Shown here piece by piece: positions 57,535 to 64,000 of a DNA stretch of 64,000 nt. Made by a program: the position numbers and the translations under genes. The notes under the pieces are model-generated. The model saw nothing but the letters and a program-made list of their open reading frames with translations. It searched no databases and had not been told where the DNA came from. Source of the DNA: Candidatus Hodarchaeota archaeon. GTDB lineage: Archaea; Asgardarchaeota; Heimdallarchaeia; Hodarchaeales; Hodarchaeaceae. Position 1 is the stretch's first letter. Each line of letters starts with the position of its first letter. The stretch is from positions 42,366-106,365 of the forward strand of contig JAEOTM010000041.1 of NCBI GenBank assembly GCA_016839815.1. The letters run 5' to 3'.

Positions 57535-58374
57535 TTAATCATTAAAGCGTAGTGTGTTATCTTCCCATTTAAAATCTTCTTGTGACTTCGATAATTGAGC
57601 AGCAAATCGGATGATAGGAAGAAATTTCTCTGCAGATAACGAAGCTCCTCCTATTAAGCCACCATCAATTTGTTCTAAAGCTAGTAATTCTTCTGCATTT
57701 TGAGCATTCATACTTCCCCCATAAATTATAGGAATCAGATCTGCAGTTGCAACTCCAAATTCATTTTTCAGCCAATCTCGAATGATAGTATGAGCTTCAT
57801 TCGCTTCAATAGGAGTAGCAGGCCTTATTTCTGTGTCAGGATTTAGAAATTTATTGTTTATCGCCCAGACTGGTTCATAAGCTAAGATGATTTTTTTCAT
57901 TTGGTTAATTTCTAACCCTTTAAGACTTCCTGCAAGTTGTTCATGAAGGATGGCTTTTGTGTTTCCATCTTCACGTTCTTTAGCTGTTTCACCAAGACAT
58001 AAAACAGGGCTTAATCCGATTTCAAGAGCTTTCAGAAGTTTTTGGCGTATTAAATCATCAGTCTCTCCGAAGATACGTCGAGGTTCAGAGTGCCCCAAGA
58101 TCACATATTCCACAATATTAGCTAAAGAAAGTGGAGATATTTGGCCAGTAAACGCTCCTTTTTCCCGATAATACATGTTTTGTCCTGCAAGTTTTAAATG
58201 AGTGCTTTTAACTGCCTTACTTACCGCATATAATTCAGTAAAAGAAGGAGCTATAAACACATCTACGGATGATAATGTAGATAATCCCTGAGCGATATCA
58301 TCGGCAATACTTACAGCTTCATTACTAGACGTAATCTGCATTTTCCAATTGCCCCCTATTACGATTTTTCGCAT
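57535..58374 (-). CDS. tpiA: Triosephosphate isomerase, bacterial/eukaryotic type, with atypical loop 6
   Basis: GNWKM, GQN, GAFTG, LGHSE, AYEPVWAI, YGGS, DGGLIGGASL. Confidence 0.88.
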   Translation of the reverse strand: MRKIVIGGNWKMQITSSNEAVSIADDIAQGLSTLSSVDVFIAPSFTELYAVSKAVKSTHLKLAGQNMYYREKGAFTGQISPLSLANIVEYVILGHSEPRRIFGETDDLIRQKLLKALEIGLSPVLCLGETAKEREDGNTKAILHEQLAGSLKGLEINQMKKIILAYEPVWAINNKFLNPDTEIRPATPIEANEAHTIIRDWLKNEFGVATADLIPIIYGGSMNAQNAEELLALEQIDGGLIGGASLSAEKFLPIIRFAAQLSKSQEDFKWEDNTLRFND

Positions 58375-58514
58375 TAATTTCACCTGTTATAAAGGCTTTT
58401 TTGGATAATAAAGGATGATGAAACCTCTGTTGAAGGAATTTTTGGTTTTTTTGTAAGATTAAGAGAGGGTTATGTAACCATAAAAGATAATAAAGCTTAT
58501 TTTTCCTTACTCTT

Positions 58515-59540
58515 GTGAAAAAAGTTAGATCGATTATTCTGGCAATTAAGCAGCTGAAAACTGCAATGGTCCTTCTTCTTGGAACGATTATCTTGGGAAG
58601 TCTTATTTTCCAATGGTATTATTTTACCTCATTCGATCCAGCATACACAGGGGACATTATTGATAACATTTTAGCTACTGTCTCACTTTTGTTATCACTA
58701 GAGGTATATCAGTTTCCTCATGGCGGTGAAATTATCATCAAACTTCTATACGTCGTATACCCATTTTTAGGCTTATTATTAATCGGAATCGGAATCCTCG
58801 AGTTCGGAATGATCGTTTTCACATATCGCTATCGAATAGAAGCTTGGAATAACTGGTTGGCACAAGATATGGAAAAGCATACGATATTGGTTGGATTGGG
58901 AAATGTGGGAAATAGGGTGTTGAATGAGCTGAAAGAAGATGGAATTACCACCACCGTCATTACCCTCGAAGACGGGAAGTCTCCAGAATTAATTAACGAG
59001 TTACTAGAACATCCCACCATCGCATTAGTCTTCGGAGATGCTACTCAACGTCTGATATTGGAAAAAGCAAATGTTCAGAAAGCACGAGCGTTGATAGCGG
59101 TTACAAATGATGACTTAGTTAATTTTAAGATTGCAACAATTGCTAAAGAATTAAATCCTAATCTACGAACCGTCATTAGAGCATTTGATGTATCATTTTC
59201 AAAAAAAGTTACCGAACTATTTGATATTGATGCTGCATTAAGTACCAGTGCGATAGCTGCTCCAGCTTTTGTAGCTACCAGCTTTGAAGATGGAATAATT
59301 CAAACCTTAAAGTCTAAGAAAGGAGAAACAGATATGCATCTAATGGAGATAGAAATATCATCCACGAAACGTGTATCGCCACTAGGCGTTGAAGATATAG
59401 AAAGACAATTTGGTATTACAATCCTAGCAGTTGACAATCAACCACATCCCGAATCAGATGAAAAAATCAATCCTGGATCCACACTATTAACTCTCGGAGA
59501 AATAAAAAGCTTACGACAGTTAAAGAACCAATATAGTTAG
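58515..59540 (+). CDS. 2-TM + RCK (TrkA-N/C) potassium-channel-like protein
   Basis: HTILVGLGNVG, GDATQ..LEKANVQKARA, TNDDLVN; two TM plus pore-like helix. Confidence 0.85.
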   Translation: MKKVRSIILAIKQLKTAMVLLLGTIILGSLIFQWYYFTSFDPAYTGDIIDNILATVSLLLSLEVYQFPHGGEIIIKLLYVVYPFLGLLLIGIGILEFGMIVFTYRYRIEAWNNWLAQDMEKHTILVGLGNVGNRVLNELKEDGITTTVITLEDGKSPELINELLEHPTIALVFGDATQRLILEKANVQKARALIAVTNDDLVNFKIATIAKELNPNLRTVIRAFDVSFSKKVTELFDIDAALSTSAIAAPAFVATSFEDGIIQTLKSKKGETDMHLMEIEISSTKRVSPLGVEDIERQFGITILAVDNQPHPESDEKINPGSTLLTLGEIKSLRQLKNQYS

Positions 59541-59627
59541 AGTTACGCTTTCATAAATTATTTATATTCGTTCTAAGCAGAAGCTCCGAGATTAGTTTTT
59601 CTTGAGTTTTCTTGTAGGTGATAATTC

Positions 59628-60500
59628 ATGGAAGTGGAATTTAACGGTATATCGGCTCAAAATATTTCGGAAATATGCACACAACATAGTGTAAAAGCTA
59701 ATGTAATTGCATTAGCAGCGCGTGACACTGTCTGCGCTCGACAGGAAGTACAAGAGTTTGGTGATGGAACAGGAGCAGCAATGGTGGATGAAATCTGTTG
59801 CCGAGGGTATTATTACTGTGGGGATATTAATTGTGGCCGATCTACTCGCACTTCATCATCTAGTTACTCCAGTGGACGGAGTAGAGGTAGAGGTCGGTCA
59901 TCTGGGGCACGGACGGGACGGACACCCTCAAGTAGTTGTCGATCTAGCGATTCTAGCTGTAATTCGAGTAGTTGCAATACAAATAGTGATTGTGACTCTA
60001 ATAGTGATAGCGCAGGGGCATTAGTAGCCTTTTTTGCTATTATATTGGTGTTTCTACTCATCATCTATCTAGCTCCTTATTTCATTACTCTTAGTGTATT
60101 GGGTATTGAGTTTGTACTAGCTATCTTCTTTGGTATGTTTGAGCTCCTTTCCTTTGGTATATTTCGCAAGAAGTTTAGGAGAGTACTTGTTCACTTTCCT
60201 GATGGTCCTCCTAATGATGAAACAATGATTAATATCATCACCGATGCTGCAGCTTTTGGTGGATTAACTCGACATTATAACCCAGGATATGGATCAAATG
60301 GGTTTTGGTTTCTCCGAACGGGTGCATATCTCTTCTTCCCTAGCCTTGTAACAACACTGTTAGTCTTATATCTGCAACCAACAAACGACCTTTTATTTCA
60401 ATTACCTATTATCTGTTTCGTAGTTGCCATAGCTTTTCTATGGTTTGGTAATTTCCTAGTTAACCGAAAAATACAAGAAATAGCTACCCCTAGAGTATGA
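59628..60500 (+). CDS. Membrane protein with Cys/Ser/Arg-rich low-complexity region
   Basis: CCRGYYYCGD...SSSCRSSDSSCNSSSCNTNSDCD followed by about 4 TM. Confidence 0.7.
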   Translation: MEVEFNGISAQNISEICTQHSVKANVIALAARDTVCARQEVQEFGDGTGAAMVDEICCRGYYYCGDINCGRSTRTSSSSYSSGRSRGRGRSSGARTGRTPSSSCRSSDSSCNSSSCNTNSDCDSNSDSAGALVAFFAIILVFLLIIYLAPYFITLSVLGIEFVLAIFFGMFELLSFGIFRKKFRRVLVHFPDGPPNDETMINIITDAAAFGGLTRHYNPGYGSNGFWFLRTGAYLFFPSLVTTLLVLYLQPTNDLLFQLPIICFVVAIAFLWFGNFLVNRKIQEIATPRV

Positions 60501-60516
60501 GGAATTTAGTTTACAA

Positions 60517-61272
60517 TTAAGGAATCATAGAAATTAGGATAATTACAAATGCGCCAAGAAGGAAGGACACCATCGTCTTCAAATTCTGCCTACCATGGGT
60601 CTGTGGTATTAAATCAGATGCAGATACGTAGATAAATGTTCCAGCTGCTAGAGCTAATAAAATCCCAATAAAATTATCAGTCAAACTATGAATGAAGATT
60701 AGAGAAACTAATGCACCCAACGGTGTTGCGAAAGCAACTATCAGAGAAAGAATCAATGATTTTTCAGGGAGTGTTTCATTTATTAAAGCAAATGACGTTA
60801 CTCCTTCCGGAACTTCATGTGCAATTACTGCTAGAGCAGCTAAAATCCCAATTTCTGTCCCCAGTTCGAATCCAACACCGATAATGACACCATCAATTAA
60901 GGAATGAAGAGCTAATCCCGAAAAAGCCATCATTCCATTTATCTCAGGGACATGTTGCAAACATGGATCACTCTCATGAAAGTGTAGTTCACTTCCTGAG
61001 TGAATCACAATAAAATTTTCTAGGACATAAAACCCAAAAAATCCAAGAAAAATCGTAGGAAAAGCTAGAGTTTCAGAGAGCTCTGATGCTTCAGGTAACA
61101 GATGGAAGAATACTAAAGCCAAGATCAGTCCTGCGGCGAATGAATTGACATATTGAGACCTCTTAATTGCCCACTCTTGCTTGCTACGCATGAGAATAAT
61201 ACCTAACAGCGTAGCTAAACCTGCTACAGTGCCATAAAACATAACTAAAAACTCAAAAGAATCCAATGTCAT
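60517..61272 (-). CDS. ZIP-family metal transporter
   Basis: FFHLLPEA, HSLIDG, AHEVPEG, ATPLG, GTFIYVSASDLIP. Confidence 0.92.
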   Translation of the reverse strand: MTLDSFEFLVMFYGTVAGLATLLGIILMRSKQEWAIKRSQYVNSFAAGLILALVFFHLLPEASELSETLAFPTIFLGFFGFYVLENFIVIHSGSELHFHESDPCLQHVPEINGMMAFSGLALHSLIDGVIIGVGFELGTEIGILAALAVIAHEVPEGVTSFALINETLPEKSLILSLIVAFATPLGALVSLIFIHSLTDNFIGILLALAAGTFIYVSASDLIPQTHGRQNLKTMVSFLLGAFVIILISMIP

Positions 61273-61328
61273 TACCTCGACTAATCGACCTCTCAATTAT
61301 ATTGTATTTAATTATTCTTCGCATCTAT

Positions 61329-62066
61329 TCAAAACAGAGAAGATAAGACTTCAACTACATTTATCCCCTCGAGGCCAAGTAATAACCAAACCGCATAAGC
61401 AATTGTTACAGTTGCAATTGTCACATTAACTACTCTTGTAACACGTTTTTCTCCCCATCGCTGATTTGGAAAATTCATCAGCCAACCATATGTAACCATT
61501 CCACCAATCACGCCCACAGTAAAGAACATAACTCCCACCAGAATAGCCCATAACTCATCAAAAGCTAAAGTAGAGGTAAATAGCAACAATAATTCATCAT
61601 TACTTGCTAAACCATGGATAATTCCGATACCCATCATTGTTCCATGTTCATTTAATTTAGGCCAATGAAGATGAAGGTGAGTGTGTTCTCTGCCTTTTTC
61701 TATGTCATTCTGAATGTGTTTATGTCTATGAAAATGGATTAAATCAAATTCCCAAGCTAAAGTCAATAATGCAATCACAATTAGCATGAAAGGCACAAGA
61801 AGCTCTGCATTTTCCAGTATTTCTTTTAGAAGGGTTTCTTTGAAAGAAAACAATATGATAGTAAGAATTGATGCTGTAATCATATGGCCCAGAGCCCAAC
61901 TAATGCTTAGTTTAGTAGTGTATTTCGTACTCGACGCATTACTCAATACTCCTGTGACTGCCACAAGATGATCAGCATCAAACGAATGCTTAATACCTAA
62001 GAGTATTGCGAAAAACCATAAACCCACGACAGCTGCAATTTCCACTCTTCTACACTTAAATAACAA
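61329..62066 (-). CDS. NiCoT/UreH-like nickel-cobalt transporter
   Basis: GIKHSFDADHL, WALGH, His-rich loop, GIIHGLA; true start may be GTG 62045. Confidence 0.85.
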   Translation of the reverse strand: MLFKCRRVEIAAVVGLWFFAILLGIKHSFDADHLVAVTGVLSNASSTKYTTKLSISWALGHMITASILTIILFSFKETLLKEILENAELLVPFMLIVIALLTLAWEFDLIHFHRHKHIQNDIEKGREHTHLHLHWPKLNEHGTMMGIGIIHGLASNDELLLLFTSTLAFDELWAILVGVMFFTVGVIGGMVTYGWLMNFPNQRWGEKRVTRVVNVTIATVTIAYAVWLLLGLEGINVVEVLSSLF

Positions 62067-62125
62067 TAGTTCATTTTTCTCTTATTATTATATCATCTCT
62101 CATTATCAAAATAATTCTTGATTCT

Positions 62126-62764
62126 TTAGTTTTCACGATGGTCAATTCCACTTAATTTGACTCGAACAAGTAAAAAACTCACCCAAGTTGGTAATAGAAG
62201 GACAATAAAGAGCGCAGATTGAAAAACGATGTCCTCAGCAATTATAAGCAATGATATACCTAGAAATAGAGCGGAATGCTGTATTACTCTAAGTATAGCT
62301 GAAAATTCGGTGAAATATCTGCAATATGTTACCAATATAAGAAATACCCCAGTTAAAAATAACAATGAAGTATCTATCGATGAAAATATGGAGGGAATGT
62401 AAAAATATAATATTAAACAGCTGTTAGCAATTAAAATACTAATAACTGAACCCGTGCATCCAGTGCAGAAAGAATGATTCTTGTACTTCAGTTCATGACT
62501 TTTTAAGGATCCCCTATGATGAGATAGATTTACAGAAACCCATGGGAATGAATTGAGAAAATATAACTGAATAAATCTTGGAATAAAGGAAAAACTCGTA
62601 AAAATGAACAACCCGAGAATTAACTGTCTTAATGTCCAAGTAGCATCTAGTGGATTTGAATCGAATTCCGAAAGGAATCTTATCACAAGAAAAGTTAGTA
62701 TGAGAATCAAAAAAGGGAAAAAAACTAATAAAACCTTTTTTCGTTGAACTCTCATATAAACCAC
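62126..62764 (-). CDS. Membrane protein with SHH / FCTGCTG motif (DUF2085-like)
   Basis: Hydrophobic helices; LSHH, FCTGCTG. Confidence 0.55.
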   Translation of the reverse strand: MVYMRVQRKKVLLVFFPFLILILTFLVIRFLSEFDSNPLDATWTLRQLILGLFIFTSFSFIPRFIQLYFLNSFPWVSVNLSHHRGSLKSHELKYKNHSFCTGCTGSVISILIANSCLILYFYIPSIFSSIDTSLLFLTGVFLILVTYCRYFTEFSAILRVIQHSALFLGISLLIIAEDIVFQSALFIVLLLPTWVSFLLVRVKLSGIDHREN

Positions 62765-62878
62765 AAGTTAAGAGCGTCTTCAATATCCACATCTGGATGT
62801 AAGGGTATTATAACTGAAAAATATAAAAGAACACTGTTACAGTCTTACTTTTTAAATCATAAAATTTCTCGAGAATAG

Positions 62879-63397
62879 GTGTTGTTAATGAGAGCTATGT
62901 CAGTAATTAGATCATTTTGTTTTGCATTAGAGAATCAGATGAAATTTGTTACAAAGGATATGACTCATGAAGATCTAAGTTGGAGAGATAAAAACGTTGA
63001 TATTCCTGCACCTGCGGCAGGTTGGATAGTAGGCCACGTATTATATTCTCATGAGCAAATGGTTTATCAGTTTCTGCTCGGAAAGGAACAGATACTCCCT
63101 GAAGAGTATTTCACATTATTTGGATTTGCTACTGAGGGAGAATTTACTTCACAAATTACTATAGATGATGTATTCAAAACTTTCCAGTTAGTAACTGGAA
63201 AAATTGTTAATGAACTTATGGCAAAAGATGACACTTGGTTAGACGAATTTCCGGATGATTCACCTCTGCTACCTCCACATTGGAAAAACCGGAATCATAT
63301 GAAAGTGTTAGTTCTTCATTTTAATCACGTATTCACACATGCAGGGCAAATTCTAGAAATTAAAAGAGCTAGAGATAAGGGAGCTTGGGGATTTTAA
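62879..63397 (+). CDS. DinB/YfiT-family protein
   Basis: WIVGHV, HVFTHAGQI. Confidence 0.82.
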   Translation: MLLMRAMSVIRSFCFALENQMKFVTKDMTHEDLSWRDKNVDIPAPAAGWIVGHVLYSHEQMVYQFLLGKEQILPEEYFTLFGFATEGEFTSQITIDDVFKTFQLVTGKIVNELMAKDDTWLDEFPDDSPLLPPHWKNRNHMKVLVLHFNHVFTHAGQILEIKRARDKGAWGF

Positions 63398-63405
63398 CCC
63401 CAAGA

Positions 63406-63999
63406 CTACTTATTGATCACAGAAGCTACTAGATATTGTAAGATTCCACCATGTTTGAAATATTCGATTTCAATTTCAGCATCGACTCGTGCGGTTACTG
63501 AAAATTTGGAAGTTGATCCATTACTCTTAGTAGCCACAACATCTAGCTTCATTTTCGGTGTTAAACCTGCATCAAGACCTAGAATGTCATAAGTTTCAGT
63601 ACCATCCAAACCTAATTCCTGCCAACCTTGGCCTTCTTCGAATTCCAGCGGTAAAACACCCATTCCAACAAGATTAGATCTATGGATTCGTTCAAAGCTT
63701 TTAGCAAAAACTGCTTGTGCACCTAGTAATGCAACTCCTTTAGCAGCCCAATCCCGTGAACTACCTACACCGTATAATGCAGAACCTAGAACTATTGTTG
63801 GTGTGGCATCTTCCACATATTTCATGGCTGCATCATAAAAACTAGTCAATTCTCCACTAGGATGATGAATAGTCCACCATCCTTCTTTAGAAGGAGTAAG
63901 TTGATTTCTAACTCGAATATTGGCAAGAGTACCCCGCATCATGATTTCATGATTACCACGACGACTACCATAGGTATTGAATGCTGAAAATGGAACACC
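63406..63999 (-). CDS. acnA: Aconitate hydratase A (5' partial, swivel domain)
   Basis: Frame open to the window edge: FNTYGSRRGNHEIMMRGT, YGVGSSRDWAAKG, SFERIHRSNLVGMGVLPL, HGGIL. Confidence 0.95.
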   Translation of the reverse strand, partial: GVPFSAFNTYGSRRGNHEIMMRGTLANIRVRNQLTPSKEGWWTIHHPSGELTSFYDAAMKYVEDATPTIVLGSALYGVGSSRDWAAKGVALLGAQAVFAKSFERIHRSNLVGMGVLPLEFEEGQGWQELGLDGTETYDILGLDAGLTPKMKLDVVATKSNGSTSKFSVTARVDAEIEIEYFKHGGILQYLVASVINK

Positions 64000-64000
64000 C

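Noticed and set aside
57214-57545. Two extra ORFs overlapping dodecin
   Set aside because: Antisense or alternate-frame shadows of a clearly recognisable gene
1021-62792. Numerous 60-120 aa ORFs nested within or antisense to long genes
   Set aside because: No motifs, and each lies largely within a well-supported gene; treated as shadow ORFs
1-64000. tRNA, rRNA, SECIS or stop-codon readthrough
   Set aside because: No cloverleaf or rRNA-like tract seen in the intergenic gaps, and recognisable genes appear full length; manual inspection only, so a covariance search could still find something

Overview
This is a gene-dense, AT-rich 64 kb window that looks like an Asgard archaeon, most plausibly Heimdallarchaeia/Hodarchaeales. 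That assignment is inferred from archaeal-type ProRS, NucS and AOR occurring with eukaryotic-signature proteins (Rab-like GTPase, roadblock/LC7, two actin-related proteins), kynureninase and several bacterial-type enzymes. Most of the roughly 60 genes are metabolic or transport genes. I saw no rRNA, tRNA, CRISPR array or transposase. Strongest candidate for an undescribed system: a co-oriented four-gene cassette at ~46.45-50.03 kb, where two divergent actin-related proteins with complementary active-site losses are flanked by two paralogues of an unknown four-cysteine small protein. Second candidate: a receptor-like single-pass protein at 41.6-43.9 kb (signal peptide, 7-blade WD40, DxDxDG Ca-binding repeats, TM, cytoplasmic RING-like and extra Zn fingers) next to a vWA surface protein. 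Other notable items: a GNAT + Cys-less thiolase + DUF35 operon, a class II CCA-adding-type nucleotidyltransferase, a TPI with a remodelled lid loop, an Aur1-like phosphotransferase, a candidate structured small RNA at ~34.5 kb, and an internally deleted isopropylmalate/isocitrate dehydrogenase pseudogene absent from the ORF track. All calls come from motif recognition by eye; no searches were run.
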